A DNA stretch of 64,000 bases from contig OX597818.1 of assembly GCA_951406725.2 (NCBI GenBank), positions 38,440,001 through 38,504,000 on the forward strand. Direction: 5' to 3'. The DNA is from Octopus vulgaris (lineage: Eukaryota). A model generated the notes under the pieces. It saw only the letters and a list, made by a program, of their open reading frames with translations. It was not told where the DNA came from and did no database searches. Positions 36,603-48,878 of the stretch are shown one piece after another; position 1 is the first letter of the stretch, and each line of letters starts with the position of its first letter. A program made the position numbers and the translations under genes.

Positions 36603-37698
36603 TCTATATATATAAAAGAGGCTTTGTGTCAAAATTGTGTGCAAATTTTGCTACATCAGAGGTTGGCGGCCAGACCAGTGGTCGGATCGAGCTGAAGATT
36701 GACACAGGCATAGAAGGCGTGATGAGGCAGAGTTGAGTAGGCTAAAACTCGCCATGTGGAAAGATGCGGTTGCTATGGTGAGAAGAGTGATTTTATATAG
36801 ATTCAAGGGGGCTCTAAGCCCCTCCAGATTGGCATGAAAGGCATCTAATCTAATCTATAAAATGAAGGCGAACGTTGATACAAGTTGGATTTTTATGTAA
36901 AAAGGGGTCTAAATGGGGCTGGAAGGTGATTAAAATTTACAGGAGGGGGTAACTTGAGGTGAGAAATTGATTGGGAGACGTTTTGGGGTGCTACAGTGGT
37001 TGCTTTGCTGTGAAAACAGGGATTTCATTGACTTTTGGGGACACTTGGGGGTCTAGATTGGACCCCTTTTGCTCGATTTCAGTCAAATTTTCAACATGGT
37101 AAAGTGGAAGCGGATTTGTAATTTAAGTGTGGGAAATGGATTCGAAATTATGAAAATTAAGGCAAGATTTTTGAAGTTGAAAAAAATTCTCATTTTTATG
37201 TATTCTTGTCTTTTATTTTTTATTGTTTACAGTTTTCATTTTTTCTGAAAGAAATTTACAGCTGCATGTAGCCTGTGTTTAGAGATATCATTTGCATGGT
37301 CAATTTTTGAAAAATTCCCCAAATAAGTACTAAATTTAACAAAGAAATATTTTTTTCTCTTATTTTTAATCGCTCAAACAGTGGCACGTACAAAAGGCAA
37401 GTGTGCTTTCTGTTGTCACTGCCTGATATTTATGATTGATCTTTCAAAATATTTTCTTTCTCAACTTACTCAAGATCTTTTGTTTTTTATGAATGGGAGA
37501 GTGATAGATAGAGAAAGTCAGAGAGTAAGAGAAAGCGAGGGAGAGTCCGAGAGAAAGGAAGAGTAAGAGAGTGGGAAAGTGAGAGAGAAAGGAGAGAGAA
37601 GCAAAGAGGGAGAATGTGGCGATAAGGAACAGAAAGGAAGCAACAGACAGTAACAACCACACCCCCACCCGCGCATAGAGTGGGTCACCTTAAGCTAG
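36603..37698 (+). mobile_element. Non-autonomous Helitron (possibly composite)
   Basis: A|TCTATATATATAAAAG start; ACCCGC-GCATAGA-GTGGGT hairpin then CTAG|T. Confidence 0.65.
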
Positions 37699-38402
37699 TA
37701 TTATATAATATTTTTATTGAAGCGGAAAGAAATTTCACAAACTGTTTCTCTGAATTTCATGTAACAATTCATCAGATAGTTATGGGAATTAGATTCACGA
37801 TAACTCAGAGGAACAACTTGTAAGGTTCTTTTCAGCTTCAATAAAATAATATTTCACTCTACCTTTAGTATTTGAGTACTGTTTTTCTCTCCCTTGCTCT
37901 GTACCTATGTGTTCATATTTATGTCTTTGTCTATATTGGAACAGGGAATCTCTAAGCAAATAAAGCTATAAATATTGAGTTAAAAACCTTTTGGATAGAA
38001 AAAGTTGAAGGTTGCCTGTGGAATGTTCTTATATATGTCTGCGTGTGTGTATGTAAATATGTCTGTGTGTGTGTGTGTGTGTATATATCATCATCATCAT
38101 CATCATTTAACATCCATTTTCCATGCTAGCATGGGTTGGACGGTTTTGACTGAGGGCTGGCAACCAGATGGCTGCACCAGGCTCCAGTCTTGATCTGGCA
38201 GAGTTTCTACAGATGGATGCCCTTCCTAACGCCAACCACTCCGAGAGTGTAGTGGGTGCTTTTTACACACACACACATGCACATTTATATATACATATGC
38301 ACACAAAGTCAACCATGTCCATATACATATAGGTTTCAAATTTTGGCACAAGGCCAGCAATCTCAGGGTAAGGGATAAATCAATTATATCAAACCCAGTG
38401 CT

Positions 38403-39510
38403 CATCATCATCATTTAACTTCCATTGTCCATGCTGGCATGGGCTGGATGGTTTGACTGGGCTGGCATGGTGGAAAGTTACACCAGACTCCAGTCTGATT
38501 TGGCATGATTTTTTATGGCTGGATGCCCTTCCTAATGCCAACCACTCTGAGAGTGTAACGTGCTTCTACGTTCCACTGGCACGGGTGCGATTTGCATGAC
38601 ACCAGGGTGCTCTTATGTGCCACTGACATGGGTACCAATTTGTGCAACACTGGTATCTGCCACAACTGTGATTTTGCTCAGCTTGATGGGTTTCTTCTCA
38701 AGCATGACATAATGCCAAAGGTCTTGGTCCTTGTCTCCGTGTAGCCCAACACTAAAAAAAAACTCAGCCACTTTTCCTCCGCATGGCGCAACACTTGAAA
38801 GGAGCTCAGCCACTTGACCTCCACGAAGCCCAATGCTCAAAAGGTGTTCTTTATGTGCTACCAGCACAGGTGCACTTGACTTGATGTGTCCTCACAAGCA
38901 CAGCACATCGCCAAAGGTCTTGGTCACTAATCATTGCTTCTGTGAGGTTCCAAGTTCGAAGATTATGCTTCACCACCTTGTTCCATGTCTTCCTGGGTCC
39001 ACCTCTACCACAAGTTTTCTCCACAGTTAGACACAGCTGTCCTCATCCATATGCATCACATGACAATACCAGTGCAGTTGTCTCTTGCACACCACATCTG
39101 ATGCTTCTTATGCCTGAATTTTCTCTCAAGATGCTTACACTCTGTCATACATGCACACTGACGTTGCACATCCAGTGAAGCATGCTGGTTTCATTTCTTT
39201 CAAGCCTACACATGTCTTTAGCTGTCACAACCCATGTTTCACTGCCATGCAGCATGGCTGTTCGCACATAGGCATCATACAATCTGCCTTTCACTCCGAG
39301 AAAGAGGTCCTTTGTTGCCATCAGGGGTAGGAGCTCTCTGAACTTTGCCCAGCCTAATCTTATTCTCATAGCTACACTCTCGGAGCATCCACCTCCACTA
39401 CTACCTTGGTCACCTAGATAACAGAAGCTATCTACTACCTTTAGCTTGCTCCCTTGGCAGTTGATTGAGTATATTTTCTGCATGTTTTCAGTATTTATTG
39501 TACCTGTACC
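38403..39510 (-). mobile_element. RTE-clade LINE 3' fragment
   Basis: VVDSFCYLGD...RIRLGWAKFRELLPL...KGRLYDAYVRTAMLHGSETW. Confidence 0.85.
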
Positions 39511-39595
39511 AGAAGTTGTTTGCATGATGGATTCCCCGGATGCTTACACCTTTTCATAAGCAGGGATGAGTCAGTTGCTCCTAGGCTCTTTTGGT

Positions 39596-39970
39596 AATGT
39601 GCCAAGAAGATGAGGAAGACTTTTGCAGCAGACTTATCACATAGGATGAAACATAGGTCCATTACTATGATCCTAAGTCCAGTCAAAGCAACGGAAGCAT
39701 GATGACTCACCACCTTCAAAGAAGGCAAGTTTTTTGGGACCAGTGTAGAGTAGTGATGATGGATCTCCTGGCAAAGGGCATCACAATTAACAGGGCATAT
39801 TATGCTTTCCTGCTGTAGAAATTGCTGGATGCCATCAAAGAAGAGAGGCATGGCATGCTGATCAAAGGAGTCCTCCTCCTCCAAGACAATGCCTCATTTC
39901 ACAATGTGCATGTTGCCCAGATGAAAGCACACTCCTGTGGCTGTGAAGTCCTTCCTCTCCCAACCTCACA
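39596..39970 (+). mobile_element. Mariner transposase fragment
   Basis: LLDAIKEERHGMLIKGVLLLQDNASFH; DET.VHYYDP upstream. Confidence 0.7.
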
Positions 39971-41852
39971 CCATCTGGCTCAAGGCCAGCAATTTTGGGG
40001 AGGGGGCAAGTCATTACATCGATTCCAGTGATCAACTGGTTCTTATTTTATTGACCCCCTAAAGGATGAAAGATAACATTGGTTTCAGCTGAAATTGAAC
40101 TCAGAACGTAAAGATGGACAAAATTCCACTAAGCATTTTGCCTGGCATGCTATCATTTCTGCTGGCTTATTGCCTTCGGAAAATATTGAATATTAAAACT
40201 GGAATTAAACAACCACTAAATTTAGAAGCTAGTGTTTATTTATTCTGAAATGCATGCCAGGCATCTTCATTCAACATCCACTTTTCCAAGCTTGCATGTG
40301 TGGAATGGAGTTTACTGAAGATTTTCTGTCGCTGATTGCCCTTCTTATCACCAAATGTTACCTGTTTTCAAGCAGAATATTGTAAATGAATGACACTGCT
40401 TGTATGGCAGTGACACTCATTTACCACTATCATGCTATGTGAAGACAAGGCGATATGAACATACACACACTTATGTATGCATACATACATAAACATACAC
40501 ACACATATACAAGCTTCTTTCAACTTTCATCAACCAAATTCACTCACAAAGCTTTGGTTGGCCCAAAGCTATATTAGAAGATACTTGCCCAGTGCCATAT
40601 GGTGAGATTGAATCCAAAGCCATGTGGTTGGGAAGAAAGCTTTTTAACCATATAGCCACATCTTTGCCTATAACTGTAAATAATAATGATTGTAAAATAC
40701 CAAGCTAACAGCAAGTGAACTCACTTTCTCATAGCCCCAATTATTACAACTGTTTTCTTTTCAACTGGTGAATCTCACTACCAGTAAACAACCTTGTTTT
40801 GAAAGCTACTGGCCAACCAGCTTGGCATAAAATGGCATAGTCGTGTTAGAATCATCACACTCTGTAACAAAGGGGATGGTAGAATTGTTGCTGCAAAGCA
40901 TAGCCTCTCCAAATATTGTTTCAAAGTAGCAAAAATTTTAAAAGCTTCTGACTCCAGAGGAAGTGTAGCTCTGTAAAGAGGACTCATTTCATTGGAAAGC
41001 TGTGGAATCTACTTGTCCTCATTAGCAAACATGCAAAGCACCCACTGCAGCTCTGAACACCTAGTAACTTGTAGCAATTCTAGAAGTGGCTTTTGTCACT
41101 CAGTCTGTGGTTAATTTGGCCATTCCCAAGTTGACAGCCTAAAAGATTGATTGAAGTTGTAGATATAACAGATTTAGGTTAATTAAAAGTCAACTTCCTC
41201 CTTTCAGGAGCATCTAGAAACTTTTTCAATTTGACCACTTAAATAATGTTAAAATAAGAGCATGTATCATGTAGGTTCTCTTCTATGAATTTATCTATGG
41301 CTTTTTGGAAATAAAAAAAACAAAAAACTGGAGAACAGTCTTTGTGTATGCATCTGTACCAAAATGTGTTGTTTTTGCTGGCTGTTGTGTTTCAGGTGTG
41401 AATATTGACTTTTAGAAAAATTGTTCTGACTAGAAATTTCAATATCTTACGTTTAATAGCCATGTGGCTGTCAAAGTGTTGTTAGAACGTAGAAGGCATT
41501 TACTATGTTCATAAAGGTCACACTCAGCTAAAGGTTTATTGGCTTTTATATCTGTTTTCAAAAACTAAGGGTACTACCAACTTGTGAGTGTGAAGTGAAG
41601 TAATGTAAAAGTATTTCTGTCAAAGTAATTATACAAAGTGATATGAGGCTAGCAACTCAGTCTCAAAATTTACTAGATCATTTTCATTATTATTACTTTT
41701 CCCTTTGCTTGAAAGACAATATTGAAGGATTATTTTTCTCATAAATTAGTTTGTAGTATTGGTAGTTATCTTCCAGTAATTTGCAATTAATAAAAACTTT
41801 TACCATTTGGTAGTAGTATATATGTAAAAATTGCCAATTAAGAATGATTAGT

Positions 41853-42250
41853 GGATCTTTTCGGCTTGAACGGCAGTTTTTTCTAGCAGTGTCATATGAA
41901 ATTGTCACACATAATTATGACCCTAGAATCGATCTATTGCATTTCAATCTCTTTTAGGGTTAGGGGTGGGGGAAGGGTATCTTTTTTTATCTACAAATGT
42001 AAATAAACCGAATCTGTTTCTTAAACGAAGGACATATTCATACGGCACAGAATGTTTACCTCAATGGATGTCACTGATTGGTTGAAATTGCAGAAAAAAA
42101 ACAACAAATATCTTACAAACTATAGAATTTTCTCAATAAAGCCAAGAGAAAAAGATGTTTTATAAACACTTTCTACCAGTATATGAAGTTTAAAATTTTT
42201 TAGTTACCTAGAAATTATGTTAAAAACTGCCGTTCAAACCGAAAAGGTCC
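41853..42250. mobile_element. MITE with 8-bp TSD (Merlin-type termini)
   Basis: TGATTAGT|GGATCTTTTCGGCTTGAACGGCAGTTTTT ... AAAAACTGCCGTTCAAACCGAAAAGGTCC|TGATTAGT. Confidence 0.85.
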
Positions 42251-42725
42251 TGATTAGTTAACAATTGTTTCTAATTATTATAGCAAGAGGAAGTGTACTT
42301 GCCTTCCTATATAGGGAAAGCAGATGATTTAGTACCAGAACAAAGAGCAGTATTCTTGTAGCTGGATCTTTTAAGCATCTTGGAGAAAATTGTGCTCTGT
42401 CAACTTTTTAATGGTTTCAACCAGTATTATCCATGCCTAATGATTTCTGAAGAGTTAGTTCAGTTATGCTGCTATGAGAATTGCTCAGTGTTGTGTTCAC
42501 ACTTTCAATATTTATTTGCAAATTTATTGAGCTGCAACATTTAACTAAACCTGAATATATTTAAGCTCTTACTGTCATTGCTTTATGTTTCGTTATTTAC
42601 TTAAATATCTGTTGATATTCCACTCTCCATGTCCAAGGTGGTTAGCCTCATATAATGCAAATATTCCTCAAACTACTTTTTGTTTAAATGCTATTTAAAA
42701 AATTTAAATATTCATTTATTTGTAG

Positions 42726-42929
42726 GTTTTAAATGTGAATGGGCATGTGTTAAAGATGAAAATTTATATGTTGGAAGTTTGGGCAAAGAATGGACATCAA
42801 CCACTGGTGTAGTTAAAAACTTGAACCCCCAATGGATTAAGGTCATAAACAAGGATGGTGCTGTTAAACATATTGATTGGCATGAAAATTATAATGCATT
42901 AAGGAAAAAAACAAGAACTATGCTTCCAG
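42726..42929 (+). CDS. CANT1: CANT1 exon 2
   Basis: GFKCEWACVKDENLYVGSLGKEWTSTTG...NPQWIK; 204 nt, phase 1/1. Confidence 0.95.
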
Positions 42930-45097
42930 GTATGATGTTGCACAACTCTTCAAAAACATGTTAAAACTTAAGTAAATCTAGAAAGTGTATTTTTTTTAAC
43001 CATAACAAACTAAGTAATGTTAGCTGTTTTATCTCCAAGAATGAAAATTCAATGAAACATATTTTGATATTCAAAACACAAAATGTAAAGTTTTAAATAT
43101 TACTCAGGCACTGAGTAAGTTGCAATGTTTTCTTTAATTCATAGAGATTTTGAAGGTCTAAACTTTTGAGCCTTTTATAAAAACACAAAACTTCAAAAAA
43201 ATTGTAGATAATTTCATATTAGAATTACCTGAGTTTTCTATGAAATTTACATAGCTTTTTAATGGCCACATCAGTAAACTTTTTTTAAATTAGTCTACTT
43301 TGGAAATAGCTTGAAAATCATAACAGCAAATCTAATCTATTGAACAGCTGTTTACTAGTAACCTACAAATTTGATAAGTAAAATTACAATAATCTGCTAC
43401 TGAATTAAGTCCTTGAGAGAAATTCAGATTTTGTTCTATAGAATATAATAACTTCCCCAATGATATGAACAAAAAAAAAGCATGTGTAAAAGTTAACTAC
43501 ACATTTCTAACAGAAAACCTATTGCAATCTTAATCTTGTAAGGTTCATAGAATGATAGGTCTAATAATAGAAAAACATGTTCATTGCTTTCACCAGTTGC
43601 CTTGATCCACTTCAATCTGTATTGATTATATTATATATGTTGTATGTACTTATTAAAAGTGCTTAGTAGTCATTATAAGGATATACATGTATACGTTTTT
43701 ACACCCATTTTCTTTCTCTATGGGTTAGACAAATGTTATCGGGGCAGTTTCACAGCTGGAAACTCTTGTCATCAACTCCATCTCATGATAATGGGGTCTC
43801 TGGTTTCACATGCTTGGAGGCATATAGCCAGTGGACAATTTGATAGGAGAAAGCTTGATGAGGTTATTAAAAAATTTCTAATGATTTTTCAAGTTTAAGG
43901 TAGATGTAATTTATTTTTGAGTGCTGAAACCTTTTTAAAAGGCTAGATGTAGTAAAGTAAGGTTAGTACTTGTATGAGGGGAAGGTGGAAAAAAGACGCT
44001 TCACTGTATTTGTTTTGACCCCAGCCAGTGCCTTTTATACTTTTGAGGTCATAGAACCAATGGCAGTTTTGTTGGTGTGTAGAACGGGATGACTTTGTTT
44101 TTTGACAGTAACCATCTTTACTTTTTCCTGGCATTGTGGCCATGCTGGAGCACCACCTCAAAGGGTTTAGTTGACCCAGTGCTTATTTCTAAGCTTGGTA
44201 CTTTTTTTTTATCAGTCTCTTTTGCTGAGCTGTTGAGTTATAGGGATGTAAGCAAGCCAACACTAGTTGTCAAGTGGTGGTGGACAAACACATGTATTCC
44301 AACAGACTTCTTTCAGTTTCTGCCTACCAAATCACTCACAAGGCTTCGGTTGGCCTAAAGCAACAGTAGAGGATACTTGCCCAAAATGTGTTGTGGGACT
44401 AAACTCAAAACCAAGTGGTTGGGAAGCAAACTTTGTAACTATGCCTACACACAAATTAAGACAGTAAGTTAGAAGATATATCTAGATTGGAAGAGATGAA
44501 ATGAATTCAGTATATCTCGTAAGATTTTTCTTGAAAGGTGACTAGCTTTGTAGTAATAATTACGATATTTGACCTGCTAGAAATAGCAGCCAAATCTCAT
44601 TTAAGGTAATGTATTTCTATTCTTATAACGCCTAAAAAGACATGATGGTAAAGCCTCTACAGTCTTTGATCTGAGATTTGCTTGATAAGGCTGAAATCAG
44701 TAGGAAGTTGAAGAATGTAATTTTGTTTTGTCATACTAAATGCCTTCATTTTTGAAGAGATTAAAAAAAGTCCCAATATTAAGATTAGCAAATTAGGGAA
44801 GAATTAAAATATTTAAATCCTATTAGCAACTTGTCTCTCCTGTTTAAATTAGAGATTAAGGGCTCTTATCAAATGCTGTAAAATTGAAAACATTTGAGAT
44901 ACTCAGCAGGTGAAACACTTCCTAATCTTAGAATAATAGGCAAATAATTAACATTTATAACTAGTGATATCCATTTTCATTTTAAGTATTCTGTAATACA
45001 ACATTCAATACATAATCTTTGGAAATTTTGATCATAAACTGTATCAAATTTAAACTTTATTCTGAACATTTTTTTTCTTTTAAAATCCCTACTACAG

Positions 45098-45468
45098 GTT
45101 ACCTCATACATGAGTCAGCTGTTTGGAGTACCATTCATAAACGTTGGTTTTTTTTACCCCGGCGTCTCAGTAGAGAATCCTATGATGAGAATGCAGATGA
45201 ACGGCGAGCTACTAATATTCTTATTAGTTGTGATGAAAAATTTTCTCAAATACAGATCCGGTATATTCAACCATTAAATCCTACACATGGTTATTCATCT
45301 TTTAAGTTTGTGCCAGGCACACATGATACTGTGATAATAGCATTGAAATCCGAGGAAGACAATGGCAACATTGCTTCTTATATACAATCATTTAACATTA
45401 ATGGGAAAGTACTGTTAGCAGAAACTAAAATAGGAAATCAAAAATTTGAAGGAATTGAATTTATTTAA
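45098..45468 (+). CDS. CANT1: CANT1 exon 3
   Basis: GYLIHESAVWS...WFFLPRR...HGYSSFKFVPGT...ALKSEE...KFEGIEFI*. Confidence 0.95.
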
Positions 45469-47905
45469 AAAAAAAGCCATATTTTTGTTTCTCATCTTTA
45501 AATTCCATCTTAATACATATTCACACAAGTTTGGGATTATGAAAACCTCTCAGATCTTCAAGTAATTTTGGGGGATACATTGCTAAAGAAAAAAAAAATA
45601 CTATCTACAAATGATTTCATAAAAAGAAAAAGGTGTAAATAAAGTGGATGATATTTTATGAATTTGTAACAAAACTATTTGTGTACTAAAATATATTTGG
45701 TGGGGTAAAAAAGTTCAGCAGGTTTCAGTTAAAAAAAAAAAAAAAAAAAAAGCCCTATATAACTGAAAAGTTTTAATAACAATCTACTTTGAAAGGCAGT
45801 TCTACAAGCCATTGCTTAGGACACTTTAGCAGCATCTTCATATACAAATCAAATAAATATATTCGTCAATTCTCAATTGCTTATGTAGAATTGGCCAATT
45901 ATATCAATCATTTGGTTAAAAACAATGCTCAATTTAATTTCATTAAGTGAATGTTAATTCGAATCTGGAATCAGTAACCCTAACTTCAAGTGTTTAACTG
46001 GATTCACAATATCAGCATGGAGTTTAAGAAAACACCATTCCCCTAAAATGTTGAGAACTTATATGACTGGACATATTTTCTAAATATAACATTCCATACA
46101 AAATTCAAAGGTTTCAACTATTATAAAAATAAAAAAAAAAACAAGAACTGTGTTAGCTTTTAATTTTATTTTTTTTTCTTCATGGACCAAGTGTTTCCTT
46201 GAACATTTTCTAATTTTTTTTATGTAGTAAAATTTAGGCTTTAGATAAGAATATCTGCAACACCTGATAGCTCTCAACAATAGAGCCATATAGGAGGGTT
46301 GACCAAAGTTTTAAACCCAACAAAATCTTTGAGGGTATTGTTCAGAGAAAGAGAGAGGCAAATGGGAACTATAACCAATTGACATGCAAAGATTATCTTT
46401 AAATGAGACATAATCTAAGAAGATTATGCTGTGCAGTTTAGACTGGTATATTGAATTCCCCAAATTAAAAAGACCAGGCAGCATTTATCAGATCTGGAGG
46501 GAGGGAACAAAAACAAAAATCTTTGGTACTTTAAAGATTAACCGAGTTAACTATTATAAAAATAAATTTTAAATAGTAAACATGTCAAATAATTCAGGTG
46601 ATTGCAAAAAGTCTTTCCCTTTCTTGGAAAAACAAATAAGGTTTCAACAAATAATGAAGCTCAAATTTTTAATAACAAGTTCATTTAATAATTTGTAAAG
46701 AATCATAAACCTCCTGTAACTGCAGCTATCACCAGTTAACAATATTAATTTCAGGAAAAAAAAAAAATTCTTATGGAGGTTTCAAAATAAATGTAGTATT
46801 CTCTTGCATAAGAATAAGGAACAGGATAATTTGCATAGGCATTCAATAGAGCCACTAGAAACCCATTAGATTTAGATTTCTTGCTAAGCATAGACGTTAA
46901 AAAAAAAAGAGAGAGAGATAAAATTGCAAGGCTTGCTATGGTTTGCAGTCCAGCTGAAGACCAAATTGAAGCATTAGCCTCTTGATGAGAAAGGCATCCT
47001 AAAAACTGTCATCATTGAAACTAATCCGCTTTTGGATCTAAAAATTTTATAATAAAACCCATGTAGTGAGTATATGATGTAGTCAAATGAAAACATGTTT
47101 AAAGAGAATGGGGGCTAAAATGACTACTGCTTACAACCTCATAGATGTTGCTAGTAAACATTGTTTACATCAGGCACAAGGTTTGTATTAATGATACCCA
47201 GTTCATTTTCATCAGCTTCAGAATGTAACTGGCAGATATCTAACTGATCCTGGAGGGATTAAAAGGTAAAAAAATGAACCTTTTTAGGATTTAATCTCAC
47301 ACGGGACCTCACTGAATTGGACACCATAGAGTTTGTAGTCTGGCTCTCAAAACACCTGTTCCAATCTAATAGTAAAAAGTCGATTTATGGCTGTTTATGC
47401 AATTTTGTATTGATCTCACAAGGATTACGTGAAATATGTTACTTGCAACAGCTTTTGTATACTACAGTAGTTAATTTATAAAATTAAAATACTTCAAATT
47501 AAAATTACCCCTAATAAAATTATGTACTGTAAAGTTACTGTTAGAAATGGTAGTAAATTTTTAAAACAAGAAATGAGAAGCTAAAAGACCTTACAAATGA
47601 AATTTAGGACTGGAAGCATGAATGGGGATGGGAGGGAGTGCTGAAGAAAGAAATGTCTTAATTTAGGAAGGATTCATAGTAATTTAAATTTCCTTTATTA
47701 TTTCTTTATTAACAGACAGCAGATAAAAACTGCTCTCTTGCATGAATTTAACTATGCAAACATCGCTGTTTGCTACATTGTTCATGTCAGTCTTCAATTA
47801 GCGTACCACTTCATCATATACATTCCCATTCCAAAAACAGGAATTTATGAGTGTTGGCTTCCCAAGTTCTTCCAAAATACATTAATGTATTCTTATTTTT
47901 CTATT

Positions 47906-47952
47906 TTAGTCTCTTATAACTTTCAAAACTTTTCCAATGGCAATAGTTTTAC
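47906..47952 (-). CDS. GSPT1: eRF3 last exon
   Basis: GKTIAIGKVLKVIRD*; acceptor at 47953-47954. Confidence 0.9.
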
Positions 47953-48647
47953 CTGTCAGAAAGAAAAGCAATTGTTACAAAACGTTTAACAGTTTATGAG
48001 AACAAGATTAACAAACCATATAAATGAAATGATATACTGCAGCAAATGTTTTAAAAAACCATGATGTATACATCAGTCAGTACTAACTTGTTAAAAAGAT
48101 TACAGTATTTAAACGCTGGGACACATTTTATATACTTCAAATATATAAAATTAAGCACACCTCATAAATTCAAAAATGATCAATTTTATAACAAGTAGAT
48201 TTGAAAGAATTTTTCCCCATCAGAATTCATAGATTAAAAGGATAATTCAAATGGAAAGTAAATGCATCACTTAAGGTGGCAAAGAAAAAAAACAAAACAA
48301 AAACATATGGACATTTTTCTTTGTGTATCTGACAACCCTCATTTGATATTCTATTATTCCAAATTGGTATCAATTAGTTAACGTATTTATGACTGAGCAC
48401 AACTATGTCTTCTGTATTATCGTGTTTGAGCAATTTTTACAGCTGAATGTCATTCAAACATGATGAGTAGAACTTATTCCCACCAGGTATAAATACATTC
48501 AATACCCTAAATGGTTGGCACACCAACTTATGGAAACTTGTACTAACTGTAAAACATACAATTGTTACTAATGACTTCTGGCATATATTTGTAATATATA
48601 ATACCAATATGAGACTTCCCTTGCACATAACTAACCCTAAAGATACA

Positions 48648-48878
48648 TATTTCTTTACTACCCACAAGGGGCTAAACACAGAGGGGACAAACAAGGACAG
48701 ACAAACGGATTAAGTTGATTATTTCGACCCCAGTGCGTAACTGGTACTTATTTAATCGACTCTGAAAGGATGAAAGGCAAAGTCGACCTCGGCGGAATTT
48801 GAACCCAGTATGTAGCGGCAGACGAAATACCGTAAAGCATTTCACCCGGCGTGCTAACGTTTCTGCCAGCTCGCCGCC
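48648..48878 (-). mobile_element. Full-length SINE, family B
   Basis: Close copy of 22826-23055; imperfect TSD TAAYCCTAAAGATAYA. Confidence 0.88.
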
